NCBI RefSeq assembly: GCF_028641065.1
Contig: NC_073412.1
Location: 11,160,001-11,224,000 of the forward strand
Direction: 5' to 3'
DNA length: 64,000 bases
From: Leucoraja erinacea
Lineage: Eukaryota
Positions 1 through 12,746 of the stretch are shown here, piece after piece; the stretch's first letter is position 1, and the number at the start of each line of letters is the position of its first letter. The notes below the pieces were generated by a model. That model was given only the letters and a program-made list of their open reading frames with translations. It was not told the origin of the DNA and did not search any database. A program made the translations under genes and the position numbers.

Positions 1-232
1 GGAGGCCGCTCCTCGTTGCAGCCCCAACGACAACGGAGACCCAACAAAGAAAAGGTCGGGTCTCCCGTGCAGGAGGAGATTTAAAAGTTACCCCCTCCCT
101 CCCTCCCCACCCCCCCCACACACACACCCCAACAAAAAATAACAAAAACTACATAGAAACATAGCCAAAAAATAATAAAAACGCAGACGGGCTGCAGAGG
201 CCGCTGCTGACGAGAGTCGCGCCACCTACCGG
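1..232 (-). mobile_element. Fragment of a GC-rich interspersed repeat related to 21610-22270
   Basis: Reverse complement resembles 21620-21760 (ttttgttattttt...gggggtaactttt). Confidence 0.4.
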
Positions 233-439
233 ACAAGAGCACTACATCCAGAAAAGAGCACTACATTTTTGGAATCACCTTAAATCTAGCCCCCCAGATA
301 CCCTCCAGTTTAAAGCGCTTCAAACACAATAGGGGAACCCAGAAAAGAGTTCCCTGTGTCAGTTGGTACTGAGACTAACTACCCCTATTCAATTAAACCC
401 TATCCAGTTAAACCCTGACCGGCACCAGATCAATACTGA

Positions 440-1176
440 CCCCCAATCACCAGTTAGTGAACAAAATTATCAAACAATGTAAAGAAGCGTACTTGGAACA
501 TTGGGATAAAGAAACCAAAAGCCAAAGCAGATTAGAATGTTACCGTTCCCTAAAAACCGACCCTCACCAAATACAGGTTAAGTGACCACTATTTGGCAGT
601 TGAAAAAGGAAGATGGAAGAGATTCTGGCAACCAAGAGAAAACAGAATATGCTGCAACTGTTTGACAGATGAGGTTGAAACAGAGGTGCATTTCTTCCTA
701 AAAAGCAAAAAATTTGACAAAAGGAAAGCATACTTTGACAAACTCAGTGTGGCAACCCCTGACTTTAAAGACCTAGATGATATCAAAACTAAGAATAATC
801 CTTGGCGAAGGAAATACGGCACATCTTGGTGCACAATACGTAACAGCATGACATAACCTGAGAGACGGTGAATGACCAACATGCACATATGTACGCACAC
901 ACTAATCGACATTAACTAACACTAAGAAATTAATATTGATTTGCTAAACTTGCTATTGTGTGGTACTGCTTACAGCTGCAAGAACATGTAGCAATCAATA
1001 AAGAGCTATAGACCTATTGTGAGTTTATGTACAGGGACATATCTATCCATGCACTGTATGCTTGTATTTATACTTATGCATTTCAAATATGTGTCATATT
1101 TTATACTTTGGCAATATAACAATGTTTTTTTATCATGCCAATAACGTTTGAAAATTGAAAATTGAATTGAAATTGA
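440..1176 (+). mobile_element. Non-LTR retrotransposon 3' end (RTE-X-like ORF2 C-terminal zinc-knuckle region)
   Basis: LAVEKGRWKRFWQPRENRICCNCLTDEVETEVHFF Cys/His motif, then caataa and a (ttgaaa/ttgaa)n tail at 1148-1176. Confidence 0.6.
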
Positions 1177-1309
1177 CAGAGACAGAGACAGAGAGAGAGA
1201 GACAGAGAGAGAGAGAGACACACACCCTTGCCCCTTGCTATCTCCCCCCCTTCTCAGCTCTCCCTCAACCCTCTGACCTCCTCTTCCTTTCTTCTCCTCC
1301 CCCACACCT

Positions 1310-1445
1310 TGCATCAGTCTGAAGAAGGGTTTCGGCCTGAAACATTGCCTATTTCCTTCGCTCCAGATGCTTCCGCACTCGCTGAGTTTCTCCAGCACTT
1401 TTGTCTACCTTCGATTTTCCAGCATCTGCAGTTCCTTCTTGAACA
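1310..1445 (+). mobile_element. Penelope-derived short repeat with hammerhead-like core
   Basis: ctgaagaagggtttcggcctgaaac...gagtttctccagcacttttgtctacc, the same unit as the terminus of the PLE fragment at 10600-10970. Confidence 0.65.
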
Positions 1446-1735
1446 ACTAAAGGTCATGGCCTCAGAATTAAAGGATGTTCTTTTAGGAAGGAGATGAGGA
1501 GTCATATTTAGTCAGAGGGTGGTGAATCTGTTGATTCTTTGTCACAGATGGCTGTGGAGGCCAAGTCAGTGGATACTTTTAAGGCAGAGATAGATTCTTG
1601 ATTATTACAGGTGTCAGAGGTTATGGTGAGAAAGCCGGAGAATGGGGTTAGGAGGGCGAGATACATTAGCCATGATTGAAGGGCAGAGTAGACTTGATGT
1701 GCAGAATGGCCTAATTCTACAATCGCATGACTTTA
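1446..1735 (+). mobile_element. CR1/HER1-like LINE 3' end
   Basis: cagagggtggtgaatctg...gatagattcttgatt...agaatggcctaattct, the typical CR1 ORF2 end and 3' UTR. Confidence 0.6.
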
Positions 1736-1855
1736 TGAAAAATAGGTGATTTTTCAGGTCAAAACCCTTCTTTAGATTGATAAATTGATCATAGCACTAT
1801 CAGCCACCTTAGAACACATGGAAAGGAGTAGAAACAAGTCAACATTGATTCAGAG

Positions 1856-2087
1856 CAGGGGCGGAAAACCCGAGGGAGGCAGAGGGGACACGTCCCCATG
1901 TTTTGAGAGGTGGGGGAACATCCCCCCCCCCCCAAGTTTTTGTGATCCCGATTTTAAAATTGCCGTTTTTAGCGCTGGATTCAGCCTCCGAAGCCTCGCG
2001 CGTGTGTGAGTGTGCGCATGCGCGCATGTCCGCCCAAAAATTGTGTCCCCCGTCCCCTCCATATTTTGATAGTGAGTTCCGTTCTTG
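1856..2087. mobile_element. hAT-like MITE
   Basis: 8-bp TSD attcagag at 1848-1855 and 2088-2095. Imperfect TIR caggggcggaa/ttccgttcttg. Subterminal ggggaca/tgtcccc motifs. Confidence 0.75.
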
Positions 2088-5000
2088 ATTCAGAGACAAT
2101 ACCTACCAGGTTACACAATGCCATAACAATGACCTAGACAGCAGCAGTTAAAAGACATGAAAAGTTTGTGCACATATAATTTCAATGGCATTAATAAAAG
2201 TTTTCTGTAACAACATAATTTTATGTCTGGTGCGTTATATGCACAAGGCATCAGGTCACAAGAAATTGGAATAGACATGGTACTCTACATTACAGCATAG
2301 CATCAATACAGTAACAAGACTAGTACAACATTTAAAAAGGAATACGGTGTTGTATGTCCTTTTTTCCTGGCTTCAGTGCAAGAAATTGGATCAAATTACT
2401 GCGTTTCAACAAATCTGGTGCAGTTTGTGAAAATCACTTTAATAACAAAAATATTTGGAATAATAGCAGGAATTCCATGACCTTATGACAGTCCCATAAA
2501 AAATATACCAGTACAACTTAAAATGAAAAGTATAATTTACAAATAAGTTTTCCCAGACAACTAGTAACAATAACAAATAACAAGGGACATGGATAGGATA
2601 GGGATATGGGTCAATCACGGGCAAATGGGACTGGCATAGACATCTTGGTCAGCATGGACAAGTTGGACCAATGCGCCTGATTCCATGCAATATGTCTCTG
2701 TATCCTTCATTACAATTGGCAGTTCCCACATAATTAAACGGTGCGTGACTTTCTTGTAACGGCCATTTGGGTAATATAAATTCACCTTCATGAATTTATA
2801 TGAAAAGTAACAAACAAAACAATTTTATTTTCAATATGCACTTCTTGACAGAGGTGCAGATGACATGTCTTTAAGTTTGAGAAAATTGTAAAACTGAGCT
2901 TTTTCGAGGAATGCAGCACCATCCCCTACCAAACATGGGTGGTGCCTGTACTCTTGTTTCACTTTGATCACTACCAGAAAATTATCAATTTATAAACTCA
3001 CATATATTAATACAAATTGGAAAAGATGAGAACTGAAAATGTGTACACTGTTTCCAAAACATTTAACTGTTTAAATGAGGGGCACTAATTAATTCTTCAT
3101 CAATGGGTGCATCTCTCAGATCTTCTGATATATGCTTCCCAATGTGAATAATGAGATTCTGGATTTGAGAATTAAGCTCTTCACAACCAAGCTTTAAAAC
3201 AACAGCAGGGGCACCATCTACTCTTCCGACATTTCTAAAAAGTATTTTTTGACTTCTTGTTGATGAGGATTGGAAGCAAGACTGAACCGAATAGGTTGAT
3301 GTGGAATGGAGTCAAGTCAATTCACATTAAGGTTTTGAACATAAAAGGGAGAGTCACAGTTGGATATAGTGGGATAACATAGAACAAGTGTGAACTATCA
3401 ATGATCACTGTGGAATTGCTGAGCCGAACAACCTGCTTCCAGGATGTATTTCTAAACTAAAACATTCATTTCCTGGTCATTTTAATCTTGGAAGATAAAC
3501 CAAGAGTCTCTTAATATGTTTCAATTATGGTGGACTGGCAAACTGAAATCATGAAGCTTCACAGAGTCTGGAATCAATGTTGAGGATTCCCAGAGTTATC
3601 CTTCCTGCCTGTAGATAGATACAAAAAGCAGGAGTAACTCAGTGGGACAGGCAGCATCTCTGGAGAGAAAGAATGGATGATGTTTTGGGTCAAGGCCCTT
3701 CTTCAGACCGTTCCTGCCTGTATATTACTATGTCACCATTCTCGAGTGGGAGTCTTGCCAGTGGGACAGGATGGGAAAGGTAGCTAAAAGTATTTGGTAC
3801 TTTGGAAAATTCCTGAAGAAGAGGTGGTAAGATATGGGTAACTACTCAACTTGAATGTACCTGCTTAGACTTGGTCATAGAATGCCCTCTCTTAAATCAC
3901 AAAAGCTGAACTACGAAATCCCAGTTGGGGTGTTTTAATCAATGGCAGGCATGCTTTGAACCAGTATTGCATGAGGAAATACTCGTCAAATTTTAAGTGG
4001 CACCATTCAATCAGGAAAACCATGCAATTGTATTATACTCCAGGTATCATCAATTTTCAACCATCAAGCATCAAAAAAGACAAAACTAGGTGACAGAATT
4101 TGTAGGCCTGATTTTCTTAATAGGTAGGCCTGGATGTTGGAAAGGGCAGTTTCTGAATGGGCATAGGTAGAAAATATTCTCCTAAAATTTTGAAAAGTCC
4201 TATAATTTATTCTGTAGTTCTATTTACTTATAATAGCATCTATGCAGTGACAAACCCTTACTTCATTGCCATATTTGTTGCCCAAAAGCGCAAAAAATGT
4301 TAAATGAATGCTAATGACCTGAAAAGGGGTGCAAAGATTAATAGCGAGAATACAATTGCTCCAGATATTATGGAATGATTCTGATGGCAAAATATGTACG
4401 TGTAAAGTTAAATTTCTTCCAGTAGTTCACCACTTTTCCACAGAATACATAATTGCAGCTGTCATGAACACAGAATCACTGAATTTCAACTTCCTAAGAA
4501 CTTTTTGGGCTGCAAGAAAATAATTTATTTGTTGTTGAATAAACTGAATTTATTTTTAACAGATTAGAAAGCCGAATAACCATTGGCTCTAAAAAAAATC
4601 TTTAGGTGATGCCCAATTCCCAAATCGAATTAAAAAAAATGAAAAAATGTTTAAAATTTTAGTTTCTAATATGACTAATATCACAAGGTTACTTGCTGTA
4701 AAATTTTGCACTATTGTAAATTTGCACTATTTTACTTTCTTGCTAGCCGTCTGTTAAAATTCTTCAATCTGATTGGTCATGTTAGCAAAATTCACTGCTG
4801 TCATTGTTCGGGATATTGCAAATCCCCTGCAGAAGATTCCTCAACGCACCTGGGAAAGGGATAACCTCAAGACATAACCACCATTCTACAGAGCACACTG
4901 AAGTTTTGTGGCATTCTTTTTGGAACATCAACAGTAATTGTCTTACTCTATCTACAAGTGTCATCCTTTTGTCACTGGCCAGAAAAGTTATGTCATAATT

Positions 5001-6178
5001 CCAATCTAGAAACATTGTTGGAGGAACTCAGCAGATCAGGCAGCATCCTTGTAGGACATGGACAAGTGACGTTTAGGGTTGGAACCAAACCGAGGCTAGG
5101 GTCCCAACCCCAAATGTCACCTACCCATGTTATTCAGGGATGTTGCCTAACCACCATTACTCCAGCATTTTATGTCTTTCCTTCCAAAGCCAACAGTAAT
5201 AAAGGAAAACTACATTGTATTAAACTAGAACAGTCACAAGATTGCTATATATGTTGCAGCCAGAGACAAACTGTGAATGCACGTTTTGAATTTGCACTTT
5301 AAGAGTAAATTTAATGTTGTATTTTCCAATCCTTACTAAAGTAGACAGAGGCAATTGAAACGAAAATGTAAAAAAAAAAAAAAGACATATGGATACACTG
5401 TTCACATTATTACCCATACGGTTGCCAAACAGCTGTGCAAACTTCTTACAAATAAATCTCAGGGGTTGTAAAGTTATAGCAAAGACCCTTGAGGAACTAT
5501 GGAAGGGAACTGCAGAAAGTCTAGCAAAAAATCTTCTAAGAATCACTGAATACTGGAAAGATTCCTGAAGACAAGTGGAAAGCAATGTTTTATGACTGTT
5601 GCCAATCAATGTGCCTCCTGGGATCAATAAAGTTCTATCGTATCGTACAGTGTATAACTCCCCTATAAAAAGGTGAAAAATTTGGCCCAAGAAATTACAT
5701 GCTGATGAGCTTAATGAATAATGTTGGTAAAGTTCCAGGAATCTTAAGCAATGATAATCATAGAACATATGGGTAGAAATTAAATCATAATTAAGAGCCA
5801 ATATGGTTAATAACAGAAAAATCTAGGTTGTCTGGCTGACAATAATTAGAAACCATTGCAATCATACTTGCTTGGTACGTAGAATATTATTAAAATGTCA
5901 AACTGAGCCTGAACAGCAACATAATGCTGCCATTAGATATATTTTTGTTATGTTTGCATTTGAATTTGGTGTAAAGTTCTAGTCACCATAACACAATATA
6001 GATTTTGCAGCGAATAGGCGGCAACCAAAATGATTGAGGGGGATCAGGGCTCAAAATTTGCGGATGCCCGGTTGCCTATGACAACCTACAGTCCCGCCGG
6101 GCAACCTAAAAGCCATGCCATTTTGCCCGGCTTGGCAAGCACCCGGGATACCTATCGTTTAATTCTGAGCGGCCCCCC

Positions 6179-6209
<31 letters not shown>

Positions 6210-7519
6210 GTTACTCTCAGTCTCCGCCCGCCACCCTTATCCGGGTTCCGAGTCTCGGCTCTCCCCTCATCCGCCGGCAGGACCGGCCGCCTTATAAATG
6301 CGCACAACCACGGCCAGCACCAAAGATCCTATAACGAGCCTCGCTGTAGGATCTTTGGCCAGCACATCATCGGCCATGGTTGTGCTCACGTGTCCACCTG
6401 CACATGCGCACTACCATGGCAATTGGTCGGCGTTGGCCACTTTCTCCCTCCCTTTGCATTGTGGGAGCCCTGGCTGCCATTGTTGACTGGTCGCCGCCTC
6501 ACCCATCTCCTGTTCTGTATTATGTTTACATGTTCTGATGTGCTGCAGCAAGCAAGAATTTCATTGTCCTGTCTGGGACACATGGCAATAAAACTCTTGA
6601 CTCTAAACTTGGACTTAAGCAAAAAAGGGTTCTTAGGAAAATAAGAGCTACCTTAAATTTAGTTGTCTGGTTGGTTACCAATGGGAGGGTGAAGATGCTT
6701 TAATTATGCGGGGAAGAAATTGGGTGAAGTTTCAGGTAGAGACCCTTCTTTAGATTTCCTCTGGTTTTAGTGTTTTTAGTTTAATTTAAAGATACAGCAT
6801 GGAAACAGGTCCTTCGGCCCACCGAGTCCATGCTGACCACCGATCACCTGTACACACATTCTATCCCACACATTAGCGACGCAAGTCAAGAGTGTTTCAT
6901 TCTCTCACGTCCCAGATAGAACAATGAAATCCTTATTTGCAGCAGCACAACAATGTTATAAACGAGAAAACAAAACAGTGTATATTTATATATATATATA
7001 TATATGAATATACACACACACACACACAAACACAATTTCCCTCCTGGAATTTATAAAGTTCTATCGTATAGTATCAGTGTGTAGGAAGGAACTGCAGATG
7101 CTGGTTTAAACTGAAGATAGACAAAAAAAAAGCTGGAGTAACTCAACAGGTCAGACAGAATCTCTGGACAAAAGAAAAATATTGCATTTTGGGTTGGGTC
7201 TGAAAAAGGTTCCTGCACACCTTTGGAATGTGGAAGGAAGCAAGAGCACCCGGAGAAAACCCATGCGATCAAAGGGAAAAGGAGCAAACTCCCTACAGAC
7301 AGCACCCATTTTCAGGATCAATTCCGGGTCTCTGGCAATTTTAGGCAGCAACTTTATGGCCAATGTACTGCCCCATAGTCTTGAACTGAATTAAAACATA
7401 CAGTAGCTGTAAAGGGGGACATAGCGTCACTTAGCTATTTAAGACAGAAAATGGTTATTTTTTCTTTTAATAACCAAAGTTCCCAACGTATAACGTTTTG
7501 TGTGTTGGAAAATAAAAAA

Positions 7520-7725
7520 TAGTGGCACAGCTGGTGGACTTGCTGCCTCACAAGCCAGAGATCGGTGTTCGATCCTGTCCTCGGGCACTGTCTGTGTTGA
7601 ATTTGCACATTCTCCCTGCAAGCATGTGGGTTTCCTCCCACATCCCAAAGACCCATTGGCTTTGTACGTTAACTTGTCTCTGTGGGTGAGAAAAGTTGGA
7701 TAACAGAACTTGTGTGAATGGGTAG
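7520..7725 (+). mobile_element. HE1/V-SINE-like tRNA-derived SINE
   Basis: tRNA-like head (ggcacagctgg...gttcgatcc) and V-domain gaatttgcacattctccc...gtgggtttcc. Further copies at about 6770-6880(-), 7210-7370(-), 19300-19590(+) and 29700-29860(-). Confidence 0.65.
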
Positions 7726-8785
7726 ACGAAAATGCTGGAGAAACTCAGTGGGTGAGGCAGCATCGATGGAGCAAAGGAAATAGGCGACGTTTTGGGTCGT
7801 GACCCTTCTTCAAACTGATCTGAGGGTGTGGGGGAAGAAGAAAGAAAGAAGCAGAGACAGTGGGCTGAGGGAGAGCTGGGAAGCGGAGGAGAAAGCAGGG
7901 ACTACCTGAAATTGGAGGTCAATGTTCATACCGCTGGGGTGTAAACTGCCCAAGCGAAATGTGAGGTGCTGCTCCTCCAATTTACAGTGGGCCTCACTCT
8001 GGCCATGGTGGAGTGGAGCACAGGACAGAAAGCTCGGATTCGGAATGAGAGGGGGGGTTGAAGTGCTGAGCCACTGAGGCAGCTGAGATCTAGAGGTTAG
8101 AGGAGGTGCAGGTGAACCTCTGCCGCACATGGAAAGACTGCTTGGTTCCTTGAATGGAGTCAAGGGGGGAGGTAAAGCGACAAGTGTAGCATTTCCTGCA
8201 GTTGCAAGGGAAAGTGCCAGGAGAGGGGTGATTTGGGTGGGAAGGGACAAATTGACCAGGGAGTTACGGAGGGAGCAGTCTCTGCGGAAAGCCAACAAGG
8301 GAGAAGATGGGAAGATGTGGCAAGAGTTGGAATCCAGTTGGTAGACAAAGCTGGAGAAAATCAGTGGGTGACGCAGCTTCTATGAAGCGAAGGAATAGGC
8401 GATGCTTCGGGTGGAGAACCTTCTTCAGACTGTCGGGAGTGGGGGGCGGGAAAAATAAAGGAAGAGACGGAGACAGTAGGCTGTGGGAGAGCTGGGGATG
8501 GGAGGGGAAGGAGGGTGAAAGCAAGGACTACCTGAAATTGGGGAAGCCAATGTTCATACCGCTGGGGTGTAAACTACCGAAGCAAATATGAGGTGCTGTT
8601 CCTCTAATTTATGGTGGGCCTCACTCTGGCCATCGAGGAGGCCCAGGACAGAAAGGTCGGATTCGGAAAGGGAGCGGGAGTTGAAGTGCTGAGCAACCGG
8701 GAGATCAGGTTAGTTATAGCGAACTGACTGGAGGTGCTGTGCGAAGCGATCGCCAAGCCTGCGCTTGGTCTCACCGAGGTTGATC
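7725..8785 (-). mobile_element. Two tandem Penelope-like element 3' fragments (GIY-YIG region + terminal repeat)
   Basis: GETKRRLGDRFAQHLQSVR at about 8717-8775 and LEEQHLTFRLGSLHPSGMNID at about 7920-7985. Each unit ends in the ctgaaga...gaaa motif. Confidence 0.8.
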
Positions 8786-9239
8786 ATATGCTGAATAATC
8801 CAACCAGATTTTTGTTTGGAAGTGGAAAGAGAATATTAGAAATTGTATTAATTGCAACATGTAAAAAGAGATGAGATCCGGTATTGTAATTTTGCTGCAT
8901 GTCATTGTGGTATATATCATGTTTTGATTGGTGAATATGTTTAGTTTGTGACTTTATTTGAAGCAGAAACAATATGTGAATGCTTCATTGACCATAATTC
9001 CAACTGGTAACTACGCACTTTGTCCAAGCACATTATCGCACGGGTCATGCAAGCCGTCTTAAATGACCACCTAAACTGTCATTTGGCAACCTAAAAAGCT
9101 GCCGAGGTTGCCCGGCTGGCAACAGGGGAAAAAAGAGAGCCCTGGGGATGAAGAAAATTGAATTATGATTACCCAAATTTGATATTCTCACTTCAAAAGA
9201 GACATTGCAGCCTGTATGAATCACAAATGGACTTCATAT

Positions 9240-9416
9240 CAATCTGTATCATCCAATCATTCATCCATTCAATCATTCATCCATCCAATCATCCATCCAT
9301 CCAATCATCCATCCAATCAATCATCCATCCAATCAATCATCCATCCATCCAATCAATCATCCATCCATCCATCCAATCATCCATCCATCCATCCATCCAA
9401 TCATCCATCCATCCAT
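9240..9416 (+). repeat. (ATCC/ATCA)n microsatellite
   Basis: Visible directly; abuts a Helitron-like 5' end. Confidence 0.9.
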
Positions 9417-10017
9417 CTTACTAAAAGTCTGCCTATTGTTTGTGTTTGTGCCCACGATGTGTCTCTGTGTCAATCTGGTTTTCCTATCTTCTTCCAAATG
9501 CTAGACCACAGCCTTCCCATTTCCACACATCCTGCTCACATTTTTCCCCTGGTGGCGATAAACATCTTTCCGTCGCATTTCCACCTAATTTTCCAAAGTT
9601 ATTAATCGTTGAAATTTTAAAAACAGCCAAAACCGCCTTCTCACAGTGATGATGTCACAATGCCTCTCACAGTGCACCAATCACAATTCAAACTGGCTGC
9701 CGACTGCCACAATGACATCACAATGGAACGTTGCCAACGGTAACAATAGGCTCTCAAGCTGACTGCCAACTGCCACAATGACATCACTATGGGACGTTGC
9801 CAACAGTAACGAAGGGCTGCTCATCAAATTCTGTTTTCATTTTGGTCCCGCGATCCTTGCATTTCCAGTTATTAACCCTTGAAATTTTAAAAACAGCCCC
9901 AAAAACTCACCCATTATGGATTAAAAAAAAAAAATTTATGCTCCGCCCCGCTCGCTGCCTCCCTCTCACCCCCCCTTCATTGGAGGAGCAGACCTAACGG
10001 GTCTGCACTTGGTCTAG
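9416..10017 (+). mobile_element. Non-autonomous Helitron
   Basis: 5' tcttactaaaagtctg. 3' hairpin gcagacc-taac-gggtctgc followed by acttggtCTAG. Confidence 0.7.
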
Positions 10018-10505
10018 TCTATATAACTAAAAGTCTGATCACTCGTGTGTGTGTGCGTGCATGTGTGATCACATCCTGTCGAAAAAACGACGCGGTAACG
10101 ATTACATTTTTACATATTCCAGTAGAGATTTTTCCCGTGGAGTTCAAAATCACCTTATCGCCAAAATCGGGCAGTCCCACTGCCCTGCTGCCCGACCCGC
10201 TCTCCCCCCGGCCTCTTTCCTCTCTCTCCCCCCACCCCCATCCTCCTCTCTCTATCTCTGCCCACCGCTGTCTACCCCCCCTCCCTCTCCAGACGCGCCT
10301 GCAAGTATGTGTGTGGAGGTGGTTAGTGGGTGTGTGTNNNNNNNNNNNNNNNNNNNNNNNNNNNNNNNNNNNNNNNNNNNNNNNNNNNNNNNNNNNNNNN
10401 NNNNNNNNNNNNNNNNNNNNNNNNNNNNNNNNNNNNNNNNNNNNNNNNNNNNNNNNNNNNNNNNNNNNNNNNNNGCGGTGTGTGGGGCGGGGGTGTGTGT
10501 GGCAG

Positions 10506-10543
<38 letters not shown>

Positions 10544-10600
10544 CCTCTCCGTCTCTAGCCGCGCCCGCGAGTTCGGGGCTATGCGTGAGTGGATAGGGCG
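10018..10600 (+). mobile_element. Second Helitron-like 5' portion, spanning an assembly gap
   Basis: Begins tctatataactaaaagtctgatc immediately after the preceding CTAG; the same start as the element ending at 37579. Confidence 0.55.
10338..10474. other. Assembly gap (N run) flanked by (GT)n
   Basis: Run of n. Confidence 1.
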
Positions 10601-10644
10601 GGGGAAAGATAGAAAGGTCGGATTCGGAATGGGAGGGGGAGTTG

Positions 10645-10970
10645 GATCCGAATCCATCCTTTCTGTCCTGTGCCTCCTCCATGGCCAGAGTGAGGATCAC
10701 CGTAAATTGGAGGAGCAACACCTCATTTTGCTTGGGCAGCTTGCACCCCAGTGGTATTAACATTGACTTCTTTAATTTCAGGTAGTCCCCTACTTTCGCC
10801 TCTTCTTTCGAGCTCTCCCTCAGCCCACTGGCTCCACCTCTTCCTTTGTTCTTCCTGCCCCCACCCTCACATCAGTCTGAAGAAGTGTTTCGACCCGAAA
10901 CTTTGCCTATTTCCATCACTCCATAGATGCTGCCTCACCCCGAGTTTCTCCAGCATTTTTGTCTACCTTC
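10645..10970 (+). mobile_element. Penelope-like 3' fragment with short inverted 5' segment
   Basis: HGQSEDHRKLEEQHLI motif then ctgaaga...cccgaaa. 10608-10645 is the same family in opposite orientation. Confidence 0.7.
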
Positions 10971-10972
10971 AA

Positions 10973-11757
10973 GGCCCTGTCCCACTTTCCCCGAGTTACT
11001 CACAAACTCTCCCGAGTTTTCCCCTTGATTCGAACTCGGAGAATTATGGTAATAGCCGTTCGTGGGTACTCGGGGCTATTTTTAAAAATCTCGTGGACAT
11101 TTTTCAACATGTTGAAAATACGTCTCAACTTACCTGACGCCCCAAGCCGCTGCGAAACATTTACGGACTCCTACAGGCTCGCTACCGACATTCCCAGAGT
11201 TCGAATCAAAGGGCCCGTCACACCAGCATGCGATAGCATGCGTCTAGCGCGACCAAACGTGGCCGCTTGAGACGTACGGCCTAGTGGGGCCGGACCCAAT
11301 TCGAACCGTGGAGGCGTATGGAGTTGTGCGGGGCTGGTCCCGACATCATACTCACCAATCGGCTGGGCAGGAGGCGGGCCGACTGAATTTGGACGTCGCA
11401 CGGCATCGGGTGATGTCATCACGCAACGGCACGCCGGGCGGTGACGTTCTCGCGCAATGCCACGCGCTAGGCGTATGCTGTCAAACGCTGCGTACGACGT
11501 CAAGGCACTGTGTAAAACCTCAATGCCGCTGCGGGCCGTCAGGCCGTTGTCGCGCGGGATTTTCGGACAGTGCAAGATTTTTGGAGCGCCGTGCAACGTC
11601 GGGACCAGCCCCGCACAACTACATACGCCTCTGGCGATCGAAGTGGGACCGGCTCCGCGAGGCCGTATGCCTCAAGCGACCACGTTTGGTCGCGCTAGAC
11701 GCATGCAAACGCATGCTGGTGGGACAGGCCCTTAACTTGGGAAAATGGGACAGGGCC
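10973..11757. mobile_element. PIF/Harbinger-like MITE containing a second palindromic MITE (11211-11731)
   Basis: Outer TIR ggccctgtccca/tgggacagggcc. Inner long TIR gggcccgtcacaccagcatgcg/cgcatgctggtgggacaggccc. AA/TTA flanks. Confidence 0.75.
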
Positions 11758-11959
11758 TTAATCTCTGCTGTTATATCTACAGTTATAACTTCACAATGCT
11801 ACAATGTTGCAATCGCAACACACTCCGTCTTGCCAGGGTACCAGCACTAGCAAGTGCAATTGCAAGGTACAATGTTGCTACCCCTTTTATTTTATATTCC
11901 TGGCAGCATGGAGGGAGGGTACATTTAAAAAAATATTTTAAAGTCATACTACACTGAAT

Positions 11960-12746
11960 TGTGAATAAGGCGAAATAAGCAGCCCCTGCGCAGTTGAGGG
12001 CAATGGGCAAGTGGTGGAATATTGCTTTGGGGGAACGGGTTGTGTTGGAGAAATGGGTGAGTGGTGGAATATTGCCTTGATGAACGGGTTACGTTGGGGA
12101 CAAGGCCTCCCATTGGGGAAACGGGAGAGTTGTTGAAGAATCAGTGGTTTATGAAGTTAAAACCATTGGGGAGGTAGAGAGGGAGGCAGCCCCCTCCCTT
12201 TGCGGGGGCATTGTGACATCATTCGAACCTGCTTGAAGAATCTGTGAGTTGTTTGAAAGGCTGTAATTTTTAATCTTTAATGATGAATAACATTTGAAAT
12301 ATAGCATGAAATGTGAAGGGAGCCTGTTTATCGTGTCAACCGGGTTAATGCGAGTAATCTGTAAAAATGTCAACTCTAGCGCGTAGCGTTTAGACCAGTG
12401 GTTCCCAACGTGGGGCGTACGCCCCACAGGGGAGCAATTTGATTTTTAAGGGGGGGCAATTGAGCGCGACTGAGGAGGTCTGGGTCCAAATTTTCGATTT
12501 TTATTTTTTTGGATTTTCCATCAGGTAAACATATGTAGTTTACGTTTCAGATGTTATTTTGAGTAAATAATTTTTTATTTAAGAATTATATATCACCACA
12601 TGGGGGCATCAGGATTTTAGAGGTGATTAGGTGGGGCATGGCCAAAAAAAGGTTGGGAACCACTAGTTTAGACGAAGGTAGAAATAGACACGTACATGCA
12701 CGCATACACTTATACATACAAGATGAGACTTTTAATAGCATACAGA
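11960..12746 (-). mobile_element. Helitron-like fragment
   Basis: Minus-strand start a|tctgtatgctattaaaagtctcatct resembles the other Helitron 5' ends. 3' end not defined. Confidence 0.45.
12396..12665. mobile_element. hAT (Charlie-type) MITE
   Basis: TIR cagtggttcccaac/gttgggaaccacta. 8-bp TSD gtttagac at 12388-12395 and 12666-12673. Confidence 0.85.

Larger units (their letters stand above)
6045..9144. mobile_element. Non-autonomous DNA transposon (CAG termini, 5-bp TSD) containing nested SINE and Penelope insertions
   Basis: TIR cagggctc...gagccctg. gggat directly flanks both ends. Subterminal ggttgcc/ggcaacc motifs at both ends. Confidence 0.65.

Noticed and set aside
5220-6644. 193-aa and 204-aa ORFs
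   Set aside because: Non-ATG or low-complexity frames crossing repeat boundaries, with no domain signal.
9158-9605. Repetitive HPSIQS ORFs
   Set aside because: Translations of an ATCC microsatellite.
10019-10763. Long ORFs spanning X runs
   Set aside because: Artefacts of the N gap and (GT)n repeats.
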